The notes under the pieces: model-generated
The model's input: the letters and a program-made list of their open reading frames with translations, nothing else
Told to the model about the DNA's origin: nothing
The model's database searches: none
Position numbers and translations under genes: made by a program
Assembly: GCA_947449035.1 (NCBI GenBank)
Contig: CANFQC010000008.1
Span: 4,617 to 68,616, forward strand
DNA length: 64,000 nucleotides
DNA from: Actinomycetota bacterium
Lineage (GTDB): Bacteria > Actinomycetota > Actinomycetes > S36-B12
Direction: 5' to 3'
In this document: in pieces, positions 22,055 to 33,686 of the stretch
Numbering within the stretch: position 1 is the first letter of the stretch
How the letters are laid out: each line of letters opens with the position of its first letter

Positions 22055-22929
22055 CCCTGACCTTTCGCAAGAGTTGCGAGGTTCTCGCGCATCACCGTGG
22101 CGTAATCGCCGGTTGCGCCGGGCTGAAGGCCCTCAAGTGGATCGAGTTTCTGTGCGCTTGCACCTGTCTCGTCCGCAATAGTTTGCGCGACCTTGGGGTC
22201 GACGAGAGTCTCGTAGTAGATGGTGTTCACGTTCTCCTTTGCCACCACGTCGGCCACCTCGCGAATTCGCGCAGGGCTCGGCTCGGCCTCCGGTGAGAGA
22301 CCGGAGATGCCCACCTGGGTGAGTCCGAAGGCCTTGGCCAGATAGGCGAAGGCATCGTGGCTGACGACCATCGTGCGCGTACGGCAGTTCGTGAGTGCGG
22401 CGGAATAGTCACTCGAGAGCGCTGACATGGTGCCTGTGAGTGCAGCACTGTTCTTTGCGTAGGACGCAGCGTCGTCGGGGGAGATCTCGGCAAGACGCTC
22501 GGCGATCGCGGTTCCGATTGTCGACATGTTGCTGGGATCTAGCCAGACGTGCGGATCCGCGGCGCCGTCGAGGGTTAGCCGAGAGATTGCCGCGCTGACA
22601 TCGATTGCGCGATCGGGTGCCTGTTGGGCGATGGCCTCGTCGACAGCCGGCTGAAAGCCCTTCACGTAGAGCACGAGGTCGGCGTTCGCGATCTCGCCGA
22701 CCTGCTGTGCGCTGAGCTCAAGATCATGTGGCTCGACGCCGGACTGGGTGAGATTCGTGACGCTCACACTGGAGCCGCCCACCTGCTCGGCGGCGTACTG
22801 AAGTGGATAGAAGGCGGCGACGATCCGCGGACCGCTGGAGGCCTGGTCGGGAGTGCCCATGGAGGCGGGGGCACACGCTGCAGTGAGGGGAATGGCGGCG
22901 GCCAGCACCAGGGCAGGCCAACGTCGCAT
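22045..22929 (-). CDS. znuA: metal (Zn) ABC transporter substrate-binding lipoprotein
   Basis: lipobox-like LTAAC, EPHD, DPHVW, SHDAFAY, LDPLE. Confidence 0.88.
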   Translation of the reverse strand: MRRWPALVLAAAIPLTAACAPASMGTPDQASSGPRIVAAFYPLQYAAEQVGGSSVSVTNLTQSGVEPHDLELSAQQVGEIANADLVLYVKGFQPAVDEAIAQQAPDRAIDVSAAISRLTLDGAADPHVWLDPSNMSTIGTAIAERLAEISPDDAASYAKNSAALTGTMSALSSDYSAALTNCRTRTMVVSHDAFAYLAKAFGLTQVGISGLSPEAEPSPARIREVADVVAKENVNTIYYETLVDPKVAQTIADETGASAQKLDPLEGLQPGATGDYATVMRENLATLAKGQGCS

Positions 22930-22935
22930 AACCCG

Positions 22936-22967
22936 AATTTAGGCCTTAATGAAAATGATTGTCAAGT
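22936..22967 (-). promoter_or_regulatory. Zur box overlapping the znuA promoter
   Basis: Minus strand ACTTGACAATCATTTTCATTA (22967-22947) resembles the actinobacterial Zur palindrome; -35 TTGACA, -10 TAAATT 6 nt before the ATG. Confidence 0.85.
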
Positions 22968-22971
22968 GCGA

Positions 22972-23346
22972 TTAGAGGATGCCGATGAACTTGAACAAGG
23001 CCAGCAGCACCACGACGATCACGATGAGCACGCGCAGGAACTTCGACTGACCGTTGATCACCGGCCATGACAGGGCGAGCAGCCAGCCCAGGAAGAAGGC
23101 CACGATCAGCAGCAGGATGCCGCCGAGCCACGAAAGCGAACGCGGCATAACCAGGCCGAGGAACAGGCACAACGCGATGCCGACCACGAGTAGCCAGCGC
23201 GGAACACGAGTCAGGCGCATCAGGATCGGCAGGCTGGCCTTCTCGAGTTGAGGGCGCATTGAGCTTGGCTGGTTCGCAGGGCCGCCGGGGCCGCGCACGG
23301 CCGAGGGCTTCTTCTTGCCCGACGAGCTCTTATTCGCTTTCGCCAC
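22972..23346 (-). CDS. small membrane protein (DUF6703-like)
   Basis: Three hydrophobic segments and WLLALSWP; usually found next to actinobacterial glyQS. Confidence 0.65.
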   Translation of the reverse strand: MAKANKSSSGKKKPSAVRGPGGPANQPSSMRPQLEKASLPILMRLTRVPRWLLVVGIALCLFLGLVMPRSLSWLGGILLLIVAFFLGWLLALSWPVINGQSKFLRVLIVIVVVLLALFKFIGIL

Positions 23347-23376
23347 GTGCTTACTCCCACCGCTAGCGTGTGTCAG

Positions 23377-23769
23377 GTGACCGACCCTACCTTCATCGTC
23401 CTCAATCGCTTCCGTACCCAGAGCCCCGATTTCCCGGCGTCAGCCCGTACGGCGATTGCGGCCCTTGCCGTCTGCCCCGGCTTTGTCGATGCCCACCTGG
23501 GTCAATCCACCGACGAGGCCGATCTGCGCACAATCACCACCCGTTGGGTCTCGGTCGGCGCATATCGCAGGGCGCTGTCGAACTTTGAGGTCAAGATGAC
23601 GGCTATTCCCCTGCTCTCGACCGCGATCGACGAGCCCAGTGCGTATGAGGTCGTGCATTACCGCTCACCCGAGGGCTTCGTCGATGCCGTCACCGGCCTG
23701 GCCCTCGATGCCGGCTCCATCGGTCTGGGGGAGGCCGCCGGCCCCGATATCCGTGCCGTGGATGCCTGA
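23377..23769 (+). CDS. antibiotic biosynthesis monooxygenase (ABM)-like protein
   Basis: CPGF..GQSTDE..W.SVGAYRRALS..EPSAYE. Confidence 0.75.
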   Translation: MTDPTFIVLNRFRTQSPDFPASARTAIAALAVCPGFVDAHLGQSTDEADLRTITTRWVSVGAYRRALSNFEVKMTAIPLLSTAIDEPSAYEVVHYRSPEGFVDAVTGLALDAGSIGLGEAAGPDIRAVDA

Positions 23770-23871
23770 CCCCTCTCACTCTCGTCACACCAGCCTCACC
23801 GCCTACACTTACCGCGTCCGCCGACAACCAGCCGGAGTGGAGCGCACAAGCGCTCAGAAATGGAGCGCCCA

Positions 23872-25254
<1,383 letters not shown>

Positions 25255-25265
25255 AGCGCAAAGCG

Positions 25266-25292
25266 AAAGGGCCCGCCATCGGCGGGCCCTTT
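25266..25292. terminator. bidirectional terminator between glyQS and the MFS gene
   Basis: AAAGGGCCCGCC-ATC-GGCGGGCCCTTT. Confidence 0.85.
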
Positions 25293-25293
25293 G

Positions 25294-26976
25294 CTATTCC
25301 TTGTCCTTCGGCGGCTCGTAGCCCTCTGACTCAACGCGCGCTGCATTGCGCGGCAGCAGGAAGCTCGTGAGCAATCCGAGGAAGACGAACAGTGCGGCAA
25401 CCCACGACACAGTCTTCGTGGCATCGACGAAGCCTTCGGATGCACCTTCGACCATGACCTGACCATCAGGCATGGCTCCCATGCCGGTGACCGCTTGGCC
25501 CGCTGATGCCTGCATCGCATCCGCTACCTGCGTAGCCGTGGCAGCGGGAACGCCGCGGTCGGTGAGCTGGTTGGTCGTGTAATGGCCAAGGCCGATGAGA
25601 AGTGTGGTGCCGAGAATCGCGGTACCAATGGCTGCGCCCACCTGGCGCGCTGTCGACGTCACCGCGCTCGCTGAGCCAGATTCCGAGACCGGAATCTCGG
25701 AGAGCACCACGCCAGTCAGCTGCGCCGTAGCGAAGCCGACGCCCGCGCCATAGATAAACAGCCATGGCGCAAGACCCCAACCGGTGACAGTCGTGGACAT
25801 GGAGACACCGATACCGATGATGCCGATGACCTCGAGCGCCATACCGATCTGCAGAACGCGAACCGGACCAACGCGCTGCGAAAGGCCTGCACCGATGCCT
25901 GATGCCACGAAAGCGCCGGCAGCAAGTGCTACGAGGATGACGCCGGTTTCCATTGCGCTGTAACCGCGCACCGCCTGCAGGAACAGCGGAATCGTAAAGA
26001 GCAGACCGAACTCACCGAGGCTGACGACCAACGCGACGATGTTGCCGGCGCCAAAGCTTCGAATCTTGAACAGACGCAGATCGATGATCACGATCTTGCC
26101 GGCGCGAAGCCTGGACTTCTCGACGAAGACCAGCGCGATCAGCGCAGCGATGCCTATGAGTCCGGCGACAAGCACGACTGAGATGGTGTCGGCCGGCCAG
26201 GTGAAGCCACCGGCCTTGAACTCGGTGGTTCCGACGATCCAGCCGTAGTGCTGACCCTCGATCAGCGCAAAGACAACGCCGAGAAGTCCGAGAGTGACGA
26301 GAACCGTTCCGGGTACGTCAATTCCCTTGCGACCGGTTTCATCCTTGGTCTCGGGAACGAAGAGGAAGAGGCCGATGAGCACGATGATGCCGATCGGCAC
26401 GTTGATCAAGAAGGCCCAGTGCCAGGACTGATACGTGGTCAGGTAACCGCCCACCAGCGGGCCGAGGGCAGCCATGCCGCCAATCGTTGAGCCCCACACT
26501 GCGAAAGCGATCGCGCGCGAGCGACCGGTGAAGACCGCGTTGATCACCGAGAGTGACGCGGGCAGGATCATTGCGCCACCGATGCCCTGCAGGGCACGTG
26601 CGCCGATGACCTCGATCGAGTTCGTCGACATCGCGACGAGCACGCTTGCGCCGACGAAGACGACGATGCCGATGGCGAAGAGCAGGCGGCGACCGAACCG
26701 ATCGGCCAGGCGGCCGTTGAGAATCAGCAGTGACGCGAAGGTCAGCGAATAGGCCGCAGTCACCCATTCGGCATCAGTGGTGCTGAGGTCGAGGTCCTTG
26801 ACCATTGCCGGGAGCGCGACATTGACGACAGTGCCGTCGAGGATGATCATCGCGACGCCGAGCGCAAGCACCACGAGTGCCCACCAGCGCCTCTTGCCCA
26901 TCAGTTCGACACTCGTACTCATGCGGGGTCCATTCGTGAGGGAATCAGGCCCCTTGAGACTACTGGGGGCGGACAC
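25294..26976 (-). CDS. DHA2-family (EmrB/QacA) MFS efflux transporter
   Basis: LDGTVVNVALP, GRLADRFGRR, WHWAFLINVPIG; start uncertain. Confidence 0.92.
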   Translation of the reverse strand: MSAPSSLKGPDSLTNGPRMSTSVELMGKRRWWALVVLALGVAMIILDGTVVNVALPAMVKDLDLSTTDAEWVTAAYSLTFASLLILNGRLADRFGRRLLFAIGIVVFVGASVLVAMSTNSIEVIGARALQGIGGAMILPASLSVINAVFTGRSRAIAFAVWGSTIGGMAALGPLVGGYLTTYQSWHWAFLINVPIGIIVLIGLFLFVPETKDETGRKGIDVPGTVLVTLGLLGVVFALIEGQHYGWIVGTTEFKAGGFTWPADTISVVLVAGLIGIAALIALVFVEKSRLRAGKIVIIDLRLFKIRSFGAGNIVALVVSLGEFGLLFTIPLFLQAVRGYSAMETGVILVALAAGAFVASGIGAGLSQRVGPVRVLQIGMALEVIGIIGIGVSMSTTVTGWGLAPWLFIYGAGVGFATAQLTGVVLSEIPVSESGSASAVTSTARQVGAAIGTAILGTTLLIGLGHYTTNQLTDRGVPAATATQVADAMQASAGQAVTGMGAMPDGQVMVEGASEGFVDATKTVSWVAALFVFLGLLTSFLLPRNAARVESEGYEPPKDKE

Positions 26977-27000
26977 CAGGGATCGTGGGAGAATCGCCGC

Positions 27001-28179
27001 ATGTCGGTCACCATGTCGCCCCGCTTCCTGCAGGTGGGTGCCGTCCAGATCGACTCACCTGTGGTGCTGGCGCCGATGGCCGGCATCACCAATCGGGCCT
27101 ATCGCACGCTGTGCCGCGAATACGGGAACACCGATCCCTCGAAGCCCAATGGTCTCTATGTCTCCGAGATGGTGACCTCGCGAGCGTTGATCGAGCGCAA
27201 TGCCGAGACCCTCGACATGGTCACCTTCGGTTCAAGTGAGAATCCGCGCTCCGTGCAGCTCTACGGTGTTGATCCCGTGGTGATGGCCGGCGCCGTGAAG
27301 ATCATTGTCGATGAGGACCGTGCCGATCACATTGATCTGAACTTCGGCTGCCCTGTTCCCAAGGTGACTCGCAAGGGCGGCGGCAGTGCACTGCCGTGGA
27401 AGAAGGATCTCTTCCGCTCGATTGTTCGCGCTGCGGTCACGACGGCCGATGGGCGAGTGCCGGTGTCGGTGAAGATGCGAAAGGGCATTGACGACGATCA
27501 CCTGACGTATCTCGAGGCCGGTCGTGCTGCTGCTGAAGAAGGAGTGGCCTGGGTAGCCCTGCACGGACGCACTGCACAGCAGATGTATGGCGATACCGCA
27601 GATTGGGATGCCATCGCGCGCCTGAAGAGCGAGCTCGCGCCGCTGGGCACCCCGGTTCTGGGCAACGGAGATATCTGGACCCCGCAGGATGCCCTCGACA
27701 TGGTTGCTCGCACCGGCGCCGACGGCGTTGTAGTCGGTCGCGGCTGCCTCGGGCGCCCCTGGCTCTTCGGCCAACTCGCAGCAGCATTCGCAGGTGAGCC
27801 GATCCCGGCCGATCCTCGCCTGGGTGAAGTACTCACCATCTTGCGTCGTCATGCCGAGCTTCTCGTCGTCGATTACGGCGAGGTGAAGGGCTGCCGCGAT
27901 ATCCGCAAGCACATGGCCTGGTATCTCAAGGGCTTCAGTGTGAAGCAGCAGGTGCGCCAGGCGCTGGGCACGGTTGCAACTCTTGTTGAGCTCGATTCAC
28001 TCCTTGCCCAGATTGATCCTGATCAGGATTTCAATGCGGAGGTCGGTTCGGGGCCGCGCGGGCGCACGTCCGGCGGTCGACGTCCGACCCTTCCTGACGG
28101 TTGGCTCGATTCGCCGTATCTCGATGAAACGCAGGCCGCGGAGATCTCGCAGGCCGAACTTCATGTCTCCGGCGGCTGA
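27001..28179 (+). CDS. dusB: tRNA dihydrouridine synthase B
   Basis: LAPMAG, NFGCPVPK, HGRT, GNGDI, GRPW. Confidence 0.95.
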   Translation: MSVTMSPRFLQVGAVQIDSPVVLAPMAGITNRAYRTLCREYGNTDPSKPNGLYVSEMVTSRALIERNAETLDMVTFGSSENPRSVQLYGVDPVVMAGAVKIIVDEDRADHIDLNFGCPVPKVTRKGGGSALPWKKDLFRSIVRAAVTTADGRVPVSVKMRKGIDDDHLTYLEAGRAAAEEGVAWVALHGRTAQQMYGDTADWDAIARLKSELAPLGTPVLGNGDIWTPQDALDMVARTGADGVVVGRGCLGRPWLFGQLAAAFAGEPIPADPRLGEVLTILRRHAELLVVDYGEVKGCRDIRKHMAWYLKGFSVKQQVRQALGTVATLVELDSLLAQIDPDQDFNAEVGSGPRGRTSGGRRPTLPDGWLDSPYLDETQAAEISQAELHVSGG

Positions 28180-28252
28180 TCACTAGATCACAAGCGGGTA
28201 CCCACGGTGTGTTGTCGGACGCGTGACGCGAGTGACATGTGAGCATGGGGGG

Positions 28253-28918
28253 ATGTCCACTGCAGCACCAGCGCCGTCGCGCCCAAGTGCTTCCAGTCAG
28301 GTTGCCGCAAGCGTTCCGCGCACCGGCAGAGGCATCATCACGGCACTGGCCATGCTGCTGGCCTTCGCTCTGCTCCTCATCCCCATCGGTGTGGTGCTCC
28401 AGATCGTGCTGACGGCCCAATTCGACGATCGCACCAAGACCCAGGCCATCGTTGTGCTCGACCCGGCCCGCGTCTGGGGCGATCCGGCACCCGTGCTCAA
28501 GGCTCGGCTCGACCATGCGGCAGACCTCTATGGCCAGGGGGTGGCTCCGGTCATCATCGTCGCCGGGCCGCAGAAGTACGCCGACGATGCCAAGACTCAT
28601 CTGCTCAGCAAGGGCGTGGCGAACGAGGACATCGTCATCTTCACGACAGGGCGCGACACGGTTGGCTCTCTCCAAGTGATCGCCACGGTCATGAAGGATC
28701 TCGACTGGTCCTCGGCCACAGTCGTCACGGACCCGGCCAATGCCGCGCGCGCCGATGCCACCGCGACCCAATTCGGTATTGATGCGCACCTATCGCCGAC
28801 CAAGACTGGTCCAGGTACGGCATTGACCTCGGAGTACGTCGGCCGTGAGACAGCAGCGCTCATGCGCTACTACCTGCTTACCCGCTGGGGCCAGCAACGG
28901 ATCCTCCCCGGCGATTAA
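28253..28918 (+). CDS. YdcF/DUF218-family membrane-anchored protein
   Basis: TM helix, then AIVVL, ARLDHA..LY, VVTDP, RE; dusB-ydcF-dgt order. Confidence 0.78.
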   Translation: MSTAAPAPSRPSASSQVAASVPRTGRGIITALAMLLAFALLLIPIGVVLQIVLTAQFDDRTKTQAIVVLDPARVWGDPAPVLKARLDHAADLYGQGVAPVIIVAGPQKYADDAKTHLLSKGVANEDIVIFTTGRDTVGSLQVIATVMKDLDWSSATVVTDPANAARADATATQFGIDAHLSPTKTGPGTALTSEYVGRETAALMRYYLLTRWGQQRILPGD

Positions 28919-28989
28919 TTCAGATGGCGAGCGAGAGTTCGCTCGGCCTGCTGAGACGCACTGCGCAACTGCGGCAGTAGTCTCGTAGC

Positions 28990-30213
28990 GTGACCCGCGG
29001 CTATACCGAGCATGACGCAGCCCGGTACGTGCATGAGCCTGTCAAGGAATCCGTGCGCAGTGACTTCGCTCGAGACCGTGCCCGTGTTCTGCATTCAGCA
29101 GCGCTGCGCCGCCTAGCCGCCAAGACCCAGGTGATGGTGGCGGGGGAGGCTGACTTCCCGCGTACTCGCCTGACCCACACCCTCGAGGTTGCCCAGATCG
29201 CACGCGAGCTCGGCGAGGCCCTCGGCTGCGACCCTGACGTGGTCGATATCGCGGGTCTGGCTCATGACCTCGGTCACCCGCCTTACGGTCACAACGGTGA
29301 GGACGAACTCAACGAGCTCGCCGCATCCTTCGGCGGCTTTGAAGGCAATGCCCAGTCGTTCCGCATTCTCTCCAGGCTCGAAGCCAAGGTTGTCGATCCC
29401 CGCGACGAACGCAGCGTCGGCTTGAATCTGACGCGTGCGTCGCTAGACGCGGCGTGCAAGTATCCGTGGGCGCGCCAACCTGGAGTGCGCAAGTTCGGTG
29501 TCTATGACGACGATCTGCCGATCTTCAACTGGTTGCGTGACGGCGCTCCTGAGGGCCGCACCTGTCTCGAAGAGCAGATCATGGACTGGGCCGATGACGT
29601 CGCGTATTCCGTGCACGATGTCGAGGATGCGGTTCACGGCGGGCATGTTCATCTGAGCGAGTTCACGTCACCGGGCGAGCGCGCTGCTTTAGTCGAGATC
29701 GCGCACGAACGCTACGGACTCGATGTCGGAATGCTTACCGACGCGATCGGCCGCCTCACCAAACTCGAGTACTGGCCGTCGTCATTCGACGGCTCAATGA
29801 ATGACCTCGTCGCTCTCAAGCGCTTCACCAGTTACCTCATCGGGCGCTTCTGCGTTTCGGCGCAGGTGGCCACGCAGGTCGAGTACGGCAGCAATCCGCT
29901 TACCCGTTACGCCGCCAACCTGGTTGTGCCCGAGGAGGTGCGCGGCGAGGTTGCGGTGATGAAGGCCATCGCCGTGCGCTACGTCATGAACCGCGAAGGC
30001 GCGGAGGCCGAATACGCCCGCCAGCGCGAGCAGATTGCCGAGCTGTATCACGCACTCGTTCTCGACAGCGGCCGATCACTCGAGGCCTGGCTCAAGCCCT
30101 CATTCGATTCTGCACAGACAGACGGCGAGCGCAAGCGAGTGATCGTCGACCAGATCGCCAGCCTCACTGACGTGAGCATCGTCGACTGGCATGCACGACT
30201 CGTGCGTCACTGA
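28990..30213 (+). CDS. dgt: deoxyguanosinetriphosphate triphosphohydrolase
   Basis: RRLAAKTQV, RTRLTH, HDLGHPPYGH, FEGNAQ, ADDVAY. Confidence 0.95.
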   Translation: MTRGYTEHDAARYVHEPVKESVRSDFARDRARVLHSAALRRLAAKTQVMVAGEADFPRTRLTHTLEVAQIARELGEALGCDPDVVDIAGLAHDLGHPPYGHNGEDELNELAASFGGFEGNAQSFRILSRLEAKVVDPRDERSVGLNLTRASLDAACKYPWARQPGVRKFGVYDDDLPIFNWLRDGAPEGRTCLEEQIMDWADDVAYSVHDVEDAVHGGHVHLSEFTSPGERAALVEIAHERYGLDVGMLTDAIGRLTKLEYWPSSFDGSMNDLVALKRFTSYLIGRFCVSAQVATQVEYGSNPLTRYAANLVVPEEVRGEVAVMKAIAVRYVMNREGAEAEYARQREQIAELYHALVLDSGRSLEAWLKPSFDSAQTDGERKRVIVDQIASLTDVSIVDWHARLVRH

Positions 30214-30238
30214 CGCACGATGAATGAGTAAGAAAGCG

Positions 30239-30670
30239 CTACTGCTTCTTCATCACGATGATGGTGAGCTTCTGCGGTGCATCAGCCGTTCCGCCAGGGC
30301 TCGTGGCAATGATGTTCACGGTTGCTGTGCCCACCGCCTTGGCTGCGATATCCCAGGTTGTGGTGCCCGGAACGCCGACCATGCCATTGGCACTTTCCGG
30401 TGCGGCGTACACGCCTTCGTAGACCTTGACGGCCGAGGTCTTCCCGGTCACCTTGGTGGTCCAGGTGTAACCGGTCGTCTTATTGGTCGAGAGCGACAGA
30501 AGGATGTGCTCGCCTGGGATGAGGCGCACCTGAGCGGGGAGCTGGGTGACCACCAACGTGGGCTTCGTCGCTGCCGTGGCGGCGGGGGAGATCCCGACGG
30601 CTGCGGTGGCGGCAAGGGAGACGGCGGCAAGGGCGATCAGCGGCTTCTTGGTCATGAGTCCATTAGACAT
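30239..30670 (-). CDS. secreted chagasin-like (I42) protease inhibitor
   Basis: signal peptide; NKTTGYTW (NPTTGYxW variant) and VGVPG loop motifs. Confidence 0.78.
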   Translation of the reverse strand: MSNGLMTKKPLIALAAVSLAATAAVGISPAATAATKPTLVVTQLPAQVRLIPGEHILLSLSTNKTTGYTWTTKVTGKTSAVKVYEGVYAAPESANGMVGVPGTTTWDIAAKAVGTATVNIIATSPGGTADAPQKLTIIVMKKQ

Positions 30671-30704
30671 CGGCCAAGGTCGCTTGGAAAGACCGACTCG
30701 CAGT

Positions 30705-31475
30705 TCAGTTCTCGGATGCGGGGAGCAGGCCCATCTCGACAGCTCGCTGAGCGGCGGTTGTCCGGTCGCTTGTGCTCGTGGAGCGCATGATCCGCTGGAG
30801 TTCCTGCTTCACGGTTGACACCGACACGTGAAGCTCAGTAGCAATCTGGTGATTGCCGATGCCCCGATTGACCATCTCGACGATGTCCTGCTGACGTTGA
30901 GTGAACATCAGCATCGGTTCAGTGCCGGCAGATCGATACAGGGGAGCGACGGGGGTATGCGGATGAGTGGCCCAGAGTCCGAGCGCGGAGGAGATTGCGG
31001 TCAGCACTGAGAAGTCATGTGAAGTCCAGTCGCGAGGGGTTTCTGTCGTGAACTGAACAACTCCATGAGTGATCCCCTGGTGAACGATCGGGATCCCCAC
31101 CAGGTCACCTTCATTCATGCTGAGCCGATCCATCATCTGCTTGTAATGGATTCGGTCAAAGGTGGCGTTCGGATACTTCGTCGGGAAGTCGGCGCTTGCC
31201 GTCACATAGATCTCGCCAAAACGGACAACATCAACCATCTGGGAGTCAAACGTCAGGGGGATTCGATGCCAGCGCGCGAGATCCTCACCGCTGAAGCCGA
31301 CGTACCCCACCATTCCGAGGGACTGCCGATCCTCGACCAGCCACATCACGGTGGCTCGCGCGTCGAATGAGGCGAAGATGCCGTCGTTGAGCGCAGTCGT
31401 CAGGTGCTGTCCGTCGGGGTGACTCGAGAGAAGCCGAAGTAAGGACGGCAGTCCGAACACGGGATCAGAACTCAT
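30705..31475 (-). CDS. GAF-like sensor plus LuxR-HTH transcriptional regulator
   Basis: C-terminal FTQRQ..GIGNHQIA..VSVSTVKQE; N-terminal GAF-like region. Confidence 0.8.
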   Translation of the reverse strand: MSSDPVFGLPSLLRLLSSHPDGQHLTTALNDGIFASFDARATVMWLVEDRQSLGMVGYVGFSGEDLARWHRIPLTFDSQMVDVVRFGEIYVTASADFPTKYPNATFDRIHYKQMMDRLSMNEGDLVGIPIVHQGITHGVVQFTTETPRDWTSHDFSVLTAISSALGLWATHPHTPVAPLYRSAGTEPMLMFTQRQQDIVEMVNRGIGNHQIATELHVSVSTVKQELQRIMRSTSTSDRTTAAQRAVEMGLLPASEN

Positions 31476-31817
31476 GAGTCCTCCCGGGGATAGCCGTGTC
31501 GGCGGAAGCTGATCCAGCCGACCCTCGGCTGACTCTCGAACGATATCGCCGGAACTTCATGTCGGCTGATCGAGGAAAGAATCAGGGGAAGTCGGGACAT
31601 ATCCCGATTTGTCCTCGGCCAGGCCTCACCGCGGAGGCGGATCCCACCTGCGCCCATTAGTTTCATGAGGTCGATTAGTCGGCCCGGGCGGGAGACGTAG
31701 CTCCGGTGCGCATCTGCAGAGATGTCGCCGGAGGGACGGGGGTGTGCGTCTCCCATCCGCCCGAAGGCTGACGATTCCTCCGTCGGCCGCAGGTGATTTC
31801 CCGCCTAGAATCAGCCC

Positions 31818-33686
31818 ATGGCCGGCCGAATTCGTGATGAGGACATCGCGGAAGTCCGTGAGCGGGCCAAGATCGACGATGTTGTCCGTGAGTACGTCAC
31901 GCTGAAGAGTGCCGGCGGCGGCTCGATGAAGGGTCTGTGCCCTTTCCATGACGAGCGAAGCCCGAGTTTCCATGTCACCCCGAGCAGGGGCATGTGGTAC
32001 TGCTTCGGCTGCGGCGAGGGCGGCGATGTTCTCTCCTTCCTCCAGAAGATCGACCACCTGAGTTTCGCCGAGTCGGTCGAGAAGCTGGCCGCCAAGACCA
32101 ACGTCGAGCTCCGTTATGTCGACGGCGGTGCCGCGGTTAACCGGCAGGCGGGTCAGCGCACTCGATTGGTGGAGGCACACAAGACTGCTGCCGAGTTCTA
32201 TCGCCATCAGCTCGAGTCACCCGAGGCTCAGGTCGGACGCGAGTTCTTGAAGCAGCGCGGCTTCGACAATGAGGTATGCGCCCACTTCGGCGTCGGTTAC
32301 GCACCTAAGTCGTGGGATGCACTGACCTCGCATCTGCGCAAGAAGGGCTTCACTGACGCCGAGTTGCAAGCCGGCGGCCTCGTGAGCCAAGGCGATCGCG
32401 GTATCTATGACCGTTTCCGCGGCCGTGTGGTCTGGCCGATCAAGGATCTCGCCGGTGATGTCGTCGGTTTCGGAGCTCGCAAGCTCTATGACGACGACCA
32501 GGGCCCGAAGTACCTGAACACCCCTGAGTCACCTCTCTATAAGAAGAGTCAGGTGCTCTATGGCATCGATCTCGCCCGCAAGGACATCTCCAAGGAGCAG
32601 CAAGCAGTCATCGTCGAGGGCTACACCGACGTCATGGCATGTCATATTGCCGGTGTCACGAATGCCGTCGCCACTTGCGGCACCGCATTCGGCGCCGAGC
32701 ACATCAAGGTTCTTCGCCGTCTCCTGATGGACTCCGATCAGATGCGCGGCAGCGTCGTGTTCACGTTCGATGGTGACGCCGCTGGCCAAAAAGCCGCTCT
32801 GCGTGCCTTCGAGGAAGACCAGAAGTTCGTCAGTCAGACATTCGTGGCCGTGGAGCCCAGCGGCCTTGACCCGTGCGATCTTCGCCTGCAGCACGGTGAT
32901 GCGGCAGTGAAGGCACTAGTCGATCGGCGAGTCCCGCTGTTTGAATTCGCGATCAAGTCAGCACTGAAGCAGCATGACCTCGATCGAGTTGAGGGTCGCG
33001 TTGCGGCGATGAACGATGCTGCGCCGATCGTCGCCAAGATTCGGGATGCAGCGATCCGCCCCGAGTACACGCGCGAGCTCGCGAAGTGGCTCGGCCTTGA
33101 CGTCGAGACAGTGACTAAGGCGGTCAGTAAGGGCGCGAAGTCGTCTGCACCTGCACCGCGCAACGCGGAGTCTTCCGCGCAGGTGCTGCCTAGCCGCCCG
33201 ACACAGTCTGGTCGACGCGATCCCGTGATGGTGATCGAGCGCGAAGCTCTCAAGTGCGCATTGCAACAACCGGCCATCGTCACGCACTGGTACGAGAGCG
33301 TTGAAGAAACCGCCTACACGCACCCGAGCGCTGTTGCAGTTCACCAGGCAATCGCTGGGGCGGGCTATCCATCCGAGGATGTCGATGGTCTCGCATGGAT
33401 CGACGCGGTTCTCGAACACTGTGCCGATGATCAGGTGCGTAATCTCGTGCGCGAGCTCTCGGTTGACCCTCTGCCGGCTGACGCCGGTCAGGACGTCCGC
33501 TACGCAACAAGTGTCATTGCACGCTTGCTCGAACTCGATGCCTCACGTCGTATCGAAGAGCTCAAGGGCCGCCTCCAGCGCACCGATGATGATCCCGAGG
33601 CAGCAACTGAGGTGATGCGCGATCTCATGGCGCTTGAGGACTACCGCCGGTCACTGCGCGCCAACGCCACCGGGCAGACAAGCTGA
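31818..33686 (+). CDS. dnaG: DNA primase
   Basis: CPFHDE..C.GC zinc-binding domain, KYLNTPE, VEGYTD, FDGD.AG (TOPRIM). Confidence 0.98.
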   Translation: MAGRIRDEDIAEVRERAKIDDVVREYVTLKSAGGGSMKGLCPFHDERSPSFHVTPSRGMWYCFGCGEGGDVLSFLQKIDHLSFAESVEKLAAKTNVELRYVDGGAAVNRQAGQRTRLVEAHKTAAEFYRHQLESPEAQVGREFLKQRGFDNEVCAHFGVGYAPKSWDALTSHLRKKGFTDAELQAGGLVSQGDRGIYDRFRGRVVWPIKDLAGDVVGFGARKLYDDDQGPKYLNTPESPLYKKSQVLYGIDLARKDISKEQQAVIVEGYTDVMACHIAGVTNAVATCGTAFGAEHIKVLRRLLMDSDQMRGSVVFTFDGDAAGQKAALRAFEEDQKFVSQTFVAVEPSGLDPCDLRLQHGDAAVKALVDRRVPLFEFAIKSALKQHDLDRVEGRVAAMNDAAPIVAKIRDAAIRPEYTRELAKWLGLDVETVTKAVSKGAKSSAPAPRNAESSAQVLPSRPTQSGRRDPVMVIEREALKCALQQPAIVTHWYESVEETAYTHPSAVAVHQAIAGAGYPSEDVDGLAWIDAVLEHCADDQVRNLVRELSVDPLPADAGQDVRYATSVIARLLELDASRRIEELKGRLQRTDDDPEAATEVMRDLMALEDYRRSLRANATGQTS

